64,000 bases of DNA, taken from the NCBI RefSeq assembly GCF_902713615.1, contig NC_052162.1, forward strand, positions 126,132,653 through 126,196,652. Direction: 5' to 3'. Shown here piece after piece: positions 24,291-37,470 of this stretch; position 1 is the first letter of the stretch; each line of letters starts with the position of its first letter. Both the position numbers and the translations under genes were made by a program. The DNA comes from Scyliorhinus canicula (Eukaryota). The notes under the pieces were generated by a model, which worked only from the letters and a program-made list of their open reading frames with translations, was not told where the DNA came from and searched no databases.

Positions 24291-25718
24291 ATGGAGAAAC
24301 CATGGAAATGTGAGGAGTGTGGGAAGGGATTCAGAGCCCCGCACGAGCTGGAAAGGCATCAACGCAGTCACACTGGAGAGAGGCCGTTCACCTGCTCTGA
24401 CTGTGGGAAGGGATTCACTCGGTTATCCCACCTGCAGAACCACCAGAGAGTTCACACCAGGGAGAAGCCGTTCATCTGCACTGTGTGTGATAAGGGATTC
24501 ACTCGGTTATCCAGCCTGCAGACACACCAGCGACTTCACACTGGAGAGAGGCCTTTCACCTGCTCTCAGTGTGAAAAGGGATTCACTGACATTGGAAGCC
24601 TGCGGAAACACGAACGAGTTCACACTGGAGAGAGGCCTTTCACCTGCTCTCAGTGTGAAAAGGGATTCACTGACATTGGCAGCCTGCAGAGACACAAACG
24701 AGTTCACACTGGAGAGAGGCCGTTTACCTGCTCTGACTGTGGGAAGGGATTCACTCGGTTATTCCACCTGCAGAACCACCAGAGAGTTCACACCGGGGAG
24801 AAGCCGTTCATCTGCACTGTGTGTGATAAGGGATTCACTCGGTTATCCAGCCTGCAGACACACCAGCGACTTCACACTGGAGAGAGGCCTTTCACCTGCT
24901 CTCAGTGTGAAAAGGGATTCATTCACATTGGCAGCTTGCGGAAACACGAACAAGTTCACACTGAAGAGAGGCTTTTCACCTGCTCTCAGTGTGAAAAGGG
25001 ATTCACTGACATTGGCAGCCTGCGGAGACATGAACGTGTTCACACTGGAGAGAGGCCTTTCACCTGCTCTCAGTGTGAAAAGGGATTCACTGACATTGGC
25101 CACCTGCGGAGACACGAACGAATTCACACCGGAGAGAGGCCTTTCACCTGCTCTCAGTGTGAAAAGGGATTCACTGACATTGGCAGCCTGCGGAGACATG
25201 AACAAGTTCACACTGGAGAGAGGCCTTTCACCTGCTCTCAGTGTGAAAAGGAATTCACTGACATTAGCAGCCTACGGAGACACGAACGCGTTCACACCGG
25301 GGAGAGGCCATTCATCTGCTCTCAGTGTGATAAGGGATTCACTCGGTTATCCAACCTGCAGACACACCAGCGAGTTCACACTGGGGAGAAGCCGTTCATC
25401 TGCACTGTGTGTGATAAGGGATTCACTCAATTATCCAGCCTGCTGAAACACAATGTCACTCACACTGCGAGCAGGCCCTTCAAATGCTCTGACTGCAGGA
25501 GGGGTTTCAAAAGCTCTCAGCTACTGATGTCCCACCAGCGCATTCACTCTGAGGAGAGACCGTTCAGCTGCTCTCACTGCACAAAGAGCTTTAGAACCTC
25601 ATCTAACCTGATGAGACACGAGCGAGGTCACACTGGGAAGAGCCCGTTCACCTCTCCGACTGGGAAAAGATTCACTCGGTCATCACTTGCTGAGCCACAA
25701 TGTCACTCACAGCAATGA
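24291..25718 (+). CDS. C2H2 zinc-finger protein A, 16 intact fingers, no effector domain seen; about 4 frameshifted fingers follow to 25968
   Basis: MEKPW start, CxxC-x12-HxxxH repeats with TGE(R/K)PF linkers. Confidence 0.9.
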   Translation: MEKPWKCEECGKGFRAPHELERHQRSHTGERPFTCSDCGKGFTRLSHLQNHQRVHTREKPFICTVCDKGFTRLSSLQTHQRLHTGERPFTCSQCEKGFTDIGSLRKHERVHTGERPFTCSQCEKGFTDIGSLQRHKRVHTGERPFTCSDCGKGFTRLFHLQNHQRVHTGEKPFICTVCDKGFTRLSSLQTHQRLHTGERPFTCSQCEKGFIHIGSLRKHEQVHTEERLFTCSQCEKGFTDIGSLRRHERVHTGERPFTCSQCEKGFTDIGHLRRHERIHTGERPFTCSQCEKGFTDIGSLRRHEQVHTGERPFTCSQCEKEFTDISSLRRHERVHTGERPFICSQCDKGFTRLSNLQTHQRVHTGEKPFICTVCDKGFTQLSSLLKHNVTHTASRPFKCSDCRRGFKSSQLLMSHQRIHSEERPFSCSHCTKSFRTSSNLMRHERGHTGKSPFTSPTGKRFTRSSLAEPQCHSQQ

Positions 25719-26019
25719 GAGACCCTTTAAATGCTCCGACTGTGGGAGTGGGTTTAAAAGCTCTCAGGTACTGATGTCCCACCAGCGCATTCACACTGAG
25801 GAGAGACTGTTCAACTGCTCTCACTGCACAAAGAGGTTTCAAACATCATCCACACTGCGGAGACACCAGCGAGTTCACACTGGGGAGAGTTGATTCACCT
25901 ACTCTCACTGTGGGAAGGGATTCACTCAGTCATCCAACATGCTGAGACATCAAAGGGTTCACAAGTGATGATGAGTTGGATTCTGTTGCTATTCCTGCTG
26001 TTAATCACAACCAGGATTG

Positions 26020-27545
26020 AACCTGGAGTGGATGGAGGGGTTTGTCTCCTATTCAACTCCTCCTGGTGCTCGGTCATGGCGACCCTGGCGAACTACTGCT
26101 CCCCAGACCCGGAATACCCGACTGTGAAGTACCGTCCAAACTACCTTCCACAGAATTCACTTCTACATCATCACAGCGGTCTACATCCCACCCCAGGCGG
26201 AAGTGAAGAAGGTGCTTGATGAATTATAACCACTATAAATAACAATGAAGCAGAATACCCGGAGGCCTTGTTCATCGTGGCCGGGGACTTTAACCAGGCC
26301 AACCTCGAGTGTACTGCCAAAATTCCACCAACACATCTCCTGCCCCAACAGGGGCCCCGACATCCTTGACCACTGCTACATAAACATCAAGGGCGTCTCT
26401 CAACCCATCTCCTGACTGCACTTCGGAAAACCGGACCACAAGATGGCGCTCCTTCTCCCGGCATACAAGCAGAAACTTAAGCGGGAGAATCCGGTTAAGA
26501 AGGTTGTGCAATGCTGGTCCGAGGCAATAGAAGAGCAGCACGGTAGCATGGTGGTTAGCATAAATGCTTCACAGCTCCAGGGTCCCAGGTTCGATTCCCG
26601 GCTGGGTCACTGTCTGTGTGGAGTCTGCACGTCCTCCCCCTGTGTGCGTGGGTTTCCTCCGGGTGCTCCGGTTTCCTCCCACAGTCCAAAGATGTGCGGG
26701 TTAGGTGGCTTGGCCATGCTAAATTGCCCGTAGTGTCCTAATAAAAGTAAGGTTAAGGGGGGGTGGGGGTTGTTGGGTTATGGGTATAGGGTGGATACGT
26801 GGGTTTGAGTAGGGTGATCATGGCTCGGCACAACATTGAGGGCCGAAGGGCCTGTTCTGTGCTGTACTGTTCTATGTTCTATGTTCTAAGAGCTCCTACG
26901 CGACTGCTTGGAGTCAGTGGACTGGTCCATATTCAAGAACTCAGCAGCCAACCTAAACGAGTTTGCCAGCACCATCACAGACTTCATCAGTAAATGTGCA
27001 GAAGATTGTATGTCAAAGAAGGTAGTACGTACGTTACCCAACCAGAAACCATGGTTTATTCGGGAAATTCACTCCCTACGGAAGGCCATGTCTGACCTCC
27101 GCAAAGCCATCATGGACTCCCAAGAGACAATACCAGACTAAGCTAGAATCACAGATTAACGACATGGACTCTCGTCGGTTGTGGCAAGGCTTAAATAACA
27201 TAATGGGCTACAAAGTAAAGCCGAGTAGAGTCTTCAACAACAGCACAGCCCTCCCCGACAAACTCAATGCATTCGATGCTTATTTCGAGCAGGAAACCAA
27301 CAAACTGCTCCAGGAGCCTTGGACACATCCATACCCAACGTCACAGCCTCCAAAGTCAGATTGGCCTTCTTGAAAGTGAACCCTCAGAAAGCTACAGGTC
27401 CTGACGGAGTCCCTGGTTGTGCACCCAGATCCTCCGCGGACCAACTGGCAGGTGTGTTCGCGGACATCCTCAACCTCTCCCTACTCCGTTCCGAGGTTCC
27501 CACCTGCTTCAAGAAGACCACGATCATACCGGGGTCAAAGAAGAA
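26020..27545 (+). mobile_element. Rex1/Babar-like LINE fragment (endonuclease to start of RT) in the 3'UTR of A
   Basis: GGVCL..NSSWC, AGDFNQA, LDHCY, KATGPDGVPG, VPTCFKKTTIIP. Confidence 0.8.
26534..26888 (+). mobile_element. Full-length HE1 SINE with CR1-type (TGTTCTA)n tail nested in the Rex1 fragment
   Basis: tRNA head, GGCCGAAGGGCCTGTTCTGTGCTG tail, AAGAGC duplication. Confidence 0.9.
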
Positions 27546-27663
27546 CCACAAGACACGAGGAGATAGTGCAAACTCCAAACGGACAGTGACCCGGGGCCAG
27601 GATCGAACCCAGGTTCTTGGTGCCGTGAGGCAGCCGTGCTAACCACTGGGCCACCGTGCCACC

Positions 27664-29312
27664 CAACTGACAGATTTCTAAATCCCAATAACACAAAGGG
27701 AGATGGGGATAGTGTGGGGGAAAAGGCATTGAAATGGATGATCAGCCATGATCGTATTGAATGGTGGAGCAGGCTCGACGGGCTGAATGGCCAACTCCTG
27801 CTCCGATGATAGAAAGATGTGTAGGAAAGTAAATTGTGAAGAGGACATAAGGAGGTTACAAAATGATATAGTTTGGTTGAGTGGGAAAAGATCTGGGAAA
27901 TGGAAAATAACGTGGGAAAATGTGACATTGTCCATGTTGGCCAGGAGAATAAAAAAGCTTATTATCTAAATGGTGAGAGATTGCAGAGCTCTGAGATTCA
28001 GAGGTATCTGGGTGTCCAAGAGCATGAATCACAAAAGGCTAGTATACAGGTACAGCAAGTAATTAGGAAAGCTAATAGAATGTTATTGTTTATTGTGGGG
28101 GAATTGAATACAAAAGTAGGGAGGTTATGCTTCAGTTATACAGGACATTGGTGAGACCACATCTGGAGCACTGTGTACAGTATTGGTCTCATTTAAGGAA
28201 TGATGTCAATGTGTTGGAAGCAGTTCAGAGAAGGTTTACTGGACTCATACCTGGAATTGGAGGCTGGTCTTATGAGGAATGATTGGACAGTCTGGGCTTG
28301 TGTCTTATGGAGTTTAGGTACTTGATTGGACCGTGCAAGACCTTGAGAGGCCTTGGCAGGGTGGATGTGGAAAGGATCTTTCCTCTTGTGGGAGAATCTA
28401 GAAATTGGAGTCACTTTAAAAGTAAAACTTGCCCATTTAAGGCAGAGGATAACTTTTTTCTCTGAGGGTTGAGTCTTTGGAACTCCCTTCCTCAAAGGGC
28501 GGTGGAAGCAGAGTCTTTGAATATTTTGAAGGCAGAGCTGCAAAGAATCTTGATAGGCAAGCGGGTGAAAGGTTATCGGGGTTTAGCGGGAAGGTGGAGT
28601 TGAGGTTACAATCAGATTAGCCGTGAACGTATTGAATGGTGGAGCAGGCTCGAGGGGCCGAGTGGCCTACTCCTGCTCCTAATTCGTATGTTATCACATC
28701 CTTTATAATTGATGTAGCATTTTCCCTCCTACTGATGTCAGGCTAATGGGTCTGTGGCTCCCCATTTTCTCTCTCTCCCTCCTTAAATAGTGGGGTTACA
28801 TTTACCACCTTCCAATCTGCAGGAAGCATTCCAGAATCTATAGAATTTTGAAAAATGATCACCAATGTATCCACTATCTCTACAGCCGCCTCTTTCAACA
28901 CTCTGGGATGTAGAGCAGCAGCTTTTGGGGATTTATTAACTTTCAACCACATTAATTTCTCCAGTGCTACTTTTTCACTAATACTAATCTCTTTCAGTTC
29001 CTCGTGCTCACTAGTCCCTTGGTTCTCTTGCGTATTTGGGCCGATTTCATGTCCTCCATGAAGACAGACACACATTGTTTAGTTTCTCTGCCATTTCCTT
29101 ATTCCCCATTATAAACTCTCCTGTCTCTGCCTGGAATGGACGCACATTGGTCTTTGCTAATCTTTTCCTTTTCACATTCCTATAGGAGCTTTTCCAGTCC
29201 TCCCCAGTTTGCTCTCATATTCTATTTTCTCATTTTGAGTTTCTTGATCCTCCTTTGCTGAATTCGGAAACAAGTTCCCAATCCTCAGGGTTACACTTAT
29301 TTTGGCCATTTT
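27664..29312. mobile_element. Mosaic block of CR1 fragments in both orientations, segmentally duplicated
   Basis: Same fragment junctions recur at ~62150-63810 (direct), in part at 41600-44400, and inverted at 54290-58030. Confidence 0.9.
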
Positions 29313-29317
29313 ATGAG

Positions 29318-30096
29318 TGATAAGAACTCTTATTTTATCTTCAAATAAGAGCCCAAGATCTGATTGGAGGTGTCCAAACATACAACTTTATTGCTAATTA
29401 TCCACCTTGATTTTCTTACATTAAAATAAATCAAAATTCAAATCAAATAATACATCAAAACATAATAAAGAGAGTTAAAAACATAAAATATTAGGAAATC
29501 AATAGATGGTTCAGCATTTCTTAAAGCATGAATAAAGAACAAACTTTAATCTTGAAACTTTATTCTTAAAGAAATTCTTATCAATGGTCTTATTGGTTTC
29601 AAATTCTCAGCTGAGGTTCCTGATTTATTCAAAAAACTCTGCCACTTGGAGCATGATTTGTTATCCAGGCATTGGTCATTACTTAAGATTCATTAATGTC
29701 TGTCAAGTTAATTAAATGTCTACATGCTCCTACCACGTCTACCAATCCTCTGAAGATAAGGTGTTCTGCATTAACCTTGCTTGTTGCTAAGGCTTTGCTA
29801 CTATTTGTAAATGTTTCTGTTGCTAAGGCTGCGATACTTTGTCATTATGAGATGTATTTGTAGAGCAGTGGTTTATTCATTATGTGGGCTTTTATGCAAC
29901 TTTTCTTGAAACAGTGTTAGATTCTGACACATGTTAAGTTGCTGTACAGCAATTCTCATATTTTTATCTGAAACAATGACTTTGCCTTGTGGTTTTTCCA
30001 TTTTCTGTCTGTATGTATACTGAGTTTAAGAATTATACTGCATCGATTCTTCAAGGTACCAATAAATCAGTGAAGCAATAAATCTGTAATCTATCA
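29318..30096 (-). mobile_element. Solo LTR (779 bp)
   Basis: TGATA...TATCA ends, perfect 5-bp TSD ATGAG (29313-29317 / 30097-30101); empty site TTTATGAGCCTCTTCC at ~44310. Confidence 0.9.
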
Positions 30097-30639
30097 ATGA
30101 GCCTCTTCCTTTGACCTAATGGAATCTTTAATTTTTCTTGTTAGCCACAGTTGTGTCACATTTCCTGTTGGATTTTTGTTTCTTAAAGGAATCTATATTT
30201 TATGTAAATATGTAACAAAGCCTTAAATGCTAGCGATTGCCTGTATGTCATTACACATTTTATTGTAAGTTTCCAATCAACTGCAGACAACTTTCCCCTC
30301 ATAGCTTGACAGTTTCCTTCTGAGTCAGTACTATGTAACCACCACAGCCTCTCTTCATCTAAACCTGCATTCTTTAAGGGTTTCAAACAGAAATAGGAAC
30401 GATATGTCATCTACCTGCCAAACACCCTTTCACTCTGTGATCCTTGTGAAATTTGAAGCCAAGTATTTGCCACAAGGCTCAAGAGTATCAGCCCACTGGA
30501 AGCAAAGTCGTGAGACCGGCCAGTCCAGCAGAAATAAACCCTCCGACCCTCCCCATTGACCAACTGACAGAATGAACACAATGCTGTTCCAGGTGTAATT
30601 GAGAGTAGCAACAATAACAGCAGAATCCAATCCCTGTAA

Positions 30640-31060
30640 TCACTTGTGACCTTGTTGATGTCTCAGCAGGTACGAGGAAACACTGAATCCCTTCCCAGAC
30701 CGAGAGCAGATGAATGGCCTCTCCCAGTATGAACTCGCCGGTGTGTTTGCAGGGTGAATGACTGACTGAATCCTTTCCCACACTGAGAGCAGCTGAATGG
30801 CCTCTTCCCAGTGTGAACCCTCTGGTGTGTTTGCAGAGTGAATGACTGACTGAATCCTTTCCCACACTGAGAGCAGCTGAATGGCCTCTCCCCAGTGTGA
30901 ACCCTCTGGTGTGTTTGCAGGGTGAATGACTGACTGAATCCTTTCCCACACTGAGAGCAGCTGAATGGCCTCTCCCAGTGTGAATGCGCCGATGAGCTTC
31001 CAGTACAGATGGGTCTTTGAATCCCTTCCCACAGTCCCGGCATTTCCACTGTTTCTCCAT
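30640..31060 (-). pseudogene. C2H2 ZNF locus B, 5 fingers with two -1 frameshifts
   Basis: MEKQWKC start; three near-identical SQSFTLQTH fingers; both shifts at ACTGGG(G)AGAGG linkers. Confidence 0.8.
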
Positions 31061-31194
31061 GTTTTGGGTCTCCTTGTGTCTCTCCAGGTTAGACAATTGA
31101 AGCCTTATTCATGCAGAGAACACGTGTACAGTTCCTCCCCGCTGTGAATCTCTGTAACTGGTTAAAGCTCTTTCCACAGTCGGGTGCTCTAGAA

Positions 31195-31331
31195 CAGTGC
31201 CAGGGACCGGCAGTCTCCCGTGACGTTGAATATCACTACTGTCTCTTTCTTTTCTGGAAACACTCCACGTACCGGCAGACGATGGCTCGCGTACTGGCAC
31301 CGGTACGCGTACCACACTATGAGGAGCACTG
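31195..31331. mobile_element. hAT-Charlie-type MITE (137 bp)
   Basis: CAGTG...CACTG ends, perfect 8-bp TSD CTCTAGAA (31187-31194 / 31332-31339). Confidence 0.9.
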
Positions 31332-31441
31332 CTCTAGAACACTCTCACTCGGGGGTGTCCCCCCCAAAGAATCAAGTGACTCTGTCAGATCAAGAGGTGA
31401 TGTTTGGGATTTCTGTCTGTAATTCCTCCTTTTCTAATATC

Positions 31442-31678
31442 CTGGAAAAACAATTTACAAAATACATCGCTGTCAGAACAGGATAGAAACTCAGAACAGA
31501 CAGTTCTAGTTTCTCTGGAACATTCTTTCCCCTCTCATTCCCCAAAAGCTGTAAATCTCCATCCCACACACTCTCCCTCCATTCTCACTCTGCTGTATCT
31601 AATATTCACCCTCCCAATTCTCCTGAAGGTGCTGATTCAGGCTGGTTGACAGATCACTGCTCCCTGTCCTGGACACAC
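31442..31678 (-). other. Conserved micro-exon/acceptor cassette of B
   Basis: Reverse complement of the 23690-23934 cassette; acceptor TTTTCCAG|GATATTAG. Confidence 0.8.
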
Positions 31679-31744
31679 AGTTCATAACAAATAGGAGCTG
31701 CAGTCGGCCATTCGGCCCATTAAACTTGCTCAACCCTTTATTTG

Positions 31745-32270
31745 TTGTATGAGGAACGGTTGAGGACTCTGGGTCTGTACTCGTTGGAGTTTAGAAGGAT
31801 CGGGGGTGGGGGGTAACTTATTGAAACTTACAGGATATTCCGAGGCCGGGACAGAATGGACACGGAGAGGATGTTTTCACTTGTAGGAAAAACTAGAACC
31901 AGAGGACTCTATCTCAGACTAAAGGGACGATCCTTTCAAACAAATGTGAGGAGGAATTTCTTCAGCCAGAGTGTGGTGAATTTGTGGAACTCTTTGCCCC
32001 ATTTGAGTTTTCCTCCTTTGGGAAGGCCCTCGGACACCAACGACATGGCCGGTCGGGACAAGCCACGCCATCAAGGTAGCGGATTTAATTGGACATTACC
32101 GATCAAGGCCAAATCACTGAGTGTCTTTCAGACAGAGATAGATAGGTTCTTGATTAATCAGGGGTTATGGGGAGAAGGCAGGAGAATGGGGATGAGAAAA
32201 TATCAGCCATGATTGAATGGCGGCGCAGACTCGATGGGCCGAGTGGCCTAATTTGGCTCCTATGTCTTAT
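31745..32270 (+). mobile_element. CR1 3' fragment
   Basis: ERMFSLVGKTRTRG..RRNFFSQSVVNLWNSLP and CR1 3'UTR. Confidence 0.85.
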
Positions 32271-32905
32271 TAGTGTCACAAGTAGGCTGACATTAACGCT
32301 GCAATGAAGTTACTGTGAAAATTAAGACTGAACCTATCCAACCTTGGCTCCCTGACACAATTGAAATCCGCACCACCCCTCCCATAATCAGCTGGTGAGA
32401 ATCCAAATCCGAGATTTGATCATTTTGAAGGCAGTGCTGGATAGATTCTTGATAAGCAAGGGGGTGAAAGGTTATCGGGGAGTCGGTGGGAATGTGGAGT
32501 TGAGGTTACAATCAGATCAGCTGTGAACCTTGAGGGGAGCCTGCTGCACAGTTTGGTTGTGGGATGCAGAAAGTATTTATTCCATAACCCACCTCATTCC
32601 ACTTCCCTTTCTCTTTCCTTTTTTTCGGTGGTCATGTTTGGCTGATCCCACATGCTATTTACACTTATGAACCTTTTGGTGTTTCCTGCTACACAAAATT
32701 GGGCTGCCCTAAAATTCGGCCCCTTCAGTGAACCTCTGAGCACCCGGGGCAAAACTGAATAGAACCGACCCCCCTAAAATTCGACCGGTTAGGAAAGCCT
32801 CAATCACTGTATTAAGTTGATCTTTTCTCTACACCTTGCTGCAATGTAACATTATATTCTGCAGTCTCTCCTTCCTTCCCTATTTACGGTCTGCATTGTT
32901 TGTAC

Positions 32906-33310
32906 TGATGGGTTAGGCGGGTTGGTTTGACGTTGACTGCAACTGGATGCAGGGAAGCTAGAAACAAATGTCTAACACTGGAGATGATCCAACACGGTTT
33001 TATTTAAACTACCAACTACTGTACATGTTCAGCTGTGGGTTGACACTCTACTAATCCTACTGACGACCTCTTACTGGCTCGACCAGATCTACTAGCTACC
33101 ACATGGCAGTAATGTCCACTGACTTGTGCACTCTGACTGTCTCAGTGTCTGGGACTCGAAAAGAGCGGGAGTCTTAATGCCCTGTGGGCTTTATAGTGGT
33201 GGTGTCCTGTCTGGTGATTGGTTGTTCTGTGTTGTGTGTTCATTGGTCATCCTATGTGTCAATCATTGCCTGTCTGCATCTCATTATATACATGAGTGCA
33301 TATTATGACA
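32906..33310 (-). mobile_element. Solo LTR (405 bp) inserted in a Rex1-type 3' tail
   Basis: TG...CA ends, perfect TSD TGTAC (32901-32905 / 33311-33315); (AAATC)n tail resumes at ~33368. Confidence 0.9.
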
Positions 33311-33399
33311 TGTACTGCATGCAAGAAACATTACTTTTCACTGAATCCTAATACATGTGACAATAATAAATCAAATCAAATCAAAAATAGTACATTTAC

Positions 33400-35184
33400 A
33401 TCATCAAAACATATACACAAGGGCAGGCAATGAATTATTACACAGTAATTATACAGTCAATAGGAAAGATGATCTGGCGGGTGTCTATTCTGCACTGGTT
33501 GCCGGCTCACTTAAGGGATTTGGTTCTTCTTGACCTTGGATGTCCTCTCCGGGTCTTCAGAAGATGTCTCTCCCCTGGAAGGTGTTATAGTCTCTTTTGC
33601 AGACAGAAGATTAGGAGCAGCAAGGGGTTCTTCAACAATCTCGGTTTCCGCGGATTGACCAGAAGTTGCAGTCACATGATCGGGTAGTATGGATGGCGGT
33701 TTATCCTGAGGTAGTTCTAGCACACACGGTACTGGCACATTGATGGGTGTCACTAACAACTGATCTGTGTCGTCTCCACACTCGCTCATCTTCAGTTTGC
33801 ACAGTGTAGGAGACGGCCAGTTTCAGACAGCACAGTTACAGGGACCCTCTTACTGGTGGTGCTCTCCTTGTCCAAAAAAGCATCTTTTGGGATTCCCTTC
33901 TCTTATCCAGGTGTGTGACTGCTGATTGTGGTACACTATCTCAGACGTCTCCAGGGGTAATGTTGATCAGATGTAGTTCTCAGCTTCCTCTTCAGTAGTA
34001 GTAAAGCTGAGAAACTCTGAGTAGTTGTGTGTGGTGTTGCGAGACGTCGCCAAGAAACTATTTGGACGGCAATTTAATGAACCCTGGTCCTTGAAGGCTT
34101 TCCGAGCATCTTCAAGGACTGGACAAACCTTTCAGCTGAACCATTTGTGGATGGGTGGTAAGGTGCTGATTTTATGTGTTGGATACCACTCATCTTTATA
34201 TAGTTCTTAAACTCCTGAGCTCTGAATTGTGGACCGTTATCACTTACAATTTGTTCTGGTTTCCCAAATCTGGCAGGAAAATCACATCGAGATTTTCGAT
34301 GGTTTGTTCTGCAGTTGTTGATTTCATTAGGACCACCTCAGGCTATTTGGAGTGTGTATCTATGACAATCATCAACATGTGCCCCTCGTATGGCCCTGCA
34401 AAGTCAATGTGTAACACCATGGTTGAAGTCTCCCTGCTGCCAATGAAGGAAACCTTCTGTGGCCCAAAATAGTTAAGGGCCTGTGTGCCGTTAGCAATAT
34501 GAAGTGATGACCACAGAGATATTGGTGAAATCTCGCACCATAAATAATACTCAGTGCTCCTTCTCCAACTGGACGTAATCTGATTCAGCATTTGTTAAGG
34601 TCTGTGACGAAAGCTCTTGGTCTTTCTTCCCCTGAAGGTGGTATGTGTGACACCACCATCCCAACACCATACGGCGAGACATCATTGGTAAGTTGTGATG
34701 GTAACTTTGGGTTGAAATGGACCAACACTCCTGAATTCTTCAGTGTTTCTTTAACTGACTGATGTGCTTTTTCACACTCTGGTTTCCATTGCTCGGCTTG
34801 TTTTATGCACAACAAATTAGGTCATTGTTTAAGCAGGGTTTTGAATCAAATTTCTCATATTGGTTAATTAACCTGAGGAATGATCTTAACTGAGTTACAT
34901 TCATTGGTCATGGGTCCTCCGTGAAAGCCTCCATCTTCTTAGCTGCCTTCTGTTAGAATGGTGAGCAAATGTGGAGATTCAGCCTCAACATTCATTTGCA
35001 GGTAAGCCTGTGATAGGTCAATTTTCCTGAATTTCTGTCCTCCTGCTCGGAGGTGAAGAAAACCTCAATGAACAGCAGCAGGTATTGATCCGCACATAAA
35101 ACCAGATTGATGGTTGTTTTAAAATCTCCGTAAATGCGTCTAGTCCCGTCCTGCTTCATTACAGGCACAATAGAGGCTGCACTG
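33400..35184 (-). mobile_element. Gypsy pol remnant (RT-RNaseH-integrase)
   Basis: IVPVMKQDGTRRIYGDFK, IDLSQAYLQM, LTNDVSPYGVG, LHIDFAGP..IVIDTHSK. Confidence 0.9.
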
Positions 35185-36277
35185 TCACGAGCGGTGATGA
35201 GTTGACTGGTAGTTAATTAATACACTAATCTTCAATTAATACATTTTGGTTAATATAAGATCCGATGGTTCAAAAAGACAATTTGTGGAAAACAAAAGCT
35301 TCCTTTGTTACTAATCTTGAGTGGATTCAGCAATGAGCCTTATTCTTGATGCAGACTTTGACAGAATATGATGTCATGCAGTTTATTAAAATTAGGAAAT
35401 ATTCTTAGTTTAAATAATGTCTGGTGGCTCTGCTGTTTCTCGGAACATTTAGGTACAATGTTATTTTTTAAAATACATACATCTATGTTAGCTTCCTTGA
35501 CCTTGTTATTTATGACAGTGAATACGTTATTAAAGTGATTACCGAAGCCTACATACAGTTTGCTAAATTACAACGGTGATTACACTTCATTGGCTGTGAA
35601 ACATTTTAGGATGTGTGCAAAATTTTAAATTGTCCAGGAAATTAGATATATTAAATTCAATTCCTTCATCAAGATGATTAATAAAAATTCAATCTTCACT
35701 TTTGGTAATACCCATATATTTGACACCATTTTGAAAACTTGTGAAAATCCAAACACGCTGTGTCCTGAATGATTTGATTAAAAACACAACGAGTTGTTGT
35801 GATTTGGAATGTGCGCCTGAAAACAGTGCAAGAAGCAGTTTCAACTGTTGTCTTTCAAAAGGGAACTGTACAGATTCTTGACAGGACAGGAAAATTGCAG
35901 GGTGATGGTTTTAATTGGATAGCTCAGCCAAAGCATGAGCCGGTTGGGCAGAATGGCCTCCTGTGCACTCTGAGCTTCGTGTGCATTTAAACCGAGTGGT
36001 AATGAGCTGGAACCCATTTCCTGTGAGGCCGGTAGAAGCCGAGATGACAGGATGACATGGAATTTGGATCAATACTTTAGGGACATAATCCTGCGGAGAT
36101 ATAGGGATAGAACGGGGAAATAGAACTGACTGGTTTGCTCTACACAGAGCCAGCATAGCCTGGTTCCGAGTGGCTCCATTCTCTACCCGCATAAACCTAC
36201 ATACTAAAGAGAGAAATTTCATCAGCTCCAGCCTCTCCAATTGAAAGCAGAAGGCCATCTGAATCCAACCATTGTCA

Positions 36278-37111
36278 TCACTTATGAACTCGCTGGTGTC
36301 TCAGCAGGTGGCGTGAGTGAGTGAATCCCTTCCCACACTCAGTGCAGGTGACCAGGTTCTCCCCAGTGTGAACTCGCTGATGTCTCAGAATGCCAGACAA
36401 CATTTTAAATCTCTTTGCACAGTGAGAGCAGCTAAAACGGTTTGTCCTCGGTGTGAATATGCTGGTGGACCCTCAGAACCGCAGCATTTTCGAAGCCCTT
36501 CCCACATTCCGAGCATTTAAAGGGGCATTGATTAGTGTGAGTGACCTGGTGTACAGGCAGGCTGGATGACTGAGTGAATCACTGCCCACACATGGAGCAG
36601 GTGAATGGCCCCTCCCCAGTGTGAACTCGCTGGTGTCCGCATGGCCGGTGTATCACTGAATCGATTCCCACACTCAGAGCAGACGGATGGCCTCCCCCAG
36701 TGTGTACCTGCTGATGTGTCACTTAGAAGAATTCCTGAAACTCATCCCACAACTGGAGCAGGTGAATGGCCTCTCACCGGTGTGAACTTGCTTGTGTATC
36801 TGTAGATAAATTGACCGAGTGAATTCATTTCCACACTCAATGCAGGTGAAGAGCCTCTCCCCAGTATGAACTCGTCAGTGTGTTGGTAAGTTGGATGAAT
36901 GACTGATCCCTTCCCACATTCAGGACAGGTGAACGGCCTTTCCCCAGTGTGACTGCGGCAAAGACTCTCCAGCTTAGATTGGGAACTGAATCCCTTCCCA
37001 CATAGAGAGCAGGTGAACGGCCTCTCTCCGGTGTGAATGCGACGATGCGTTTCCAGCACAGATGGAAATCTGAATCCCTTCCCAGCCACCACATTACTGC
37101 GGTTTCTTCAT
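36278..37111 (-). pseudogene. C2H2 ZNF locus C, heavily degraded (about 10 finger units)
   Basis: HTGERPFTC linkers with many frameshifts and stops, ending LRHQRVHK*. Confidence 0.85.
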
Positions 37112-37470
37112 AGTTCGGATGCATTTGTGACTCTGCAGGCTGGACAATCAGTTCAAACGTCATCCACACACAGAACACATGTACGGTCTCTCCTCGCTGT
37201 GAAGGATGTGATAACTTTCATCTGCTTTTTAATTAGTTACAGCTCTTTCCACAGTCAGTGCTCTGGAACACTCTCACTCGGGTGTGTGTGTCTCGGTGCT
37301 TTTCCAGTCACACTGATGATTAAAATCTTTTGAAGCAGACAGAACAGAAAACATTTCTCCTTCCAGCTTCAAAGGCCGATGATATTCCGGTCCCATGGAA
37401 ACGAGTGAATCTATCAGATCGAGATATGACATTTGAGATTTCTGTGTGTAATTCCTCCTCTTCTAATATC

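Noticed and set aside
24310-25446. 378-aa alternative-frame ORF ([12 protein letters not shown] repeats) and similar shadow ORFs over B, D and E
   Set aside because: Frame-shifted shadow of the 84-bp finger repeat, common in C2H2 arrays
24291-25718. PRDM9 orthology or a named ZNF symbol
   Set aside because: No KRAB/SSXRD/SET exons; lineage-specific arrays cannot be given orthologue names
26534-26610. tRNA-gene-like A and B boxes here and in other copies
   Set aside because: SINE heads; no complete cloverleaf
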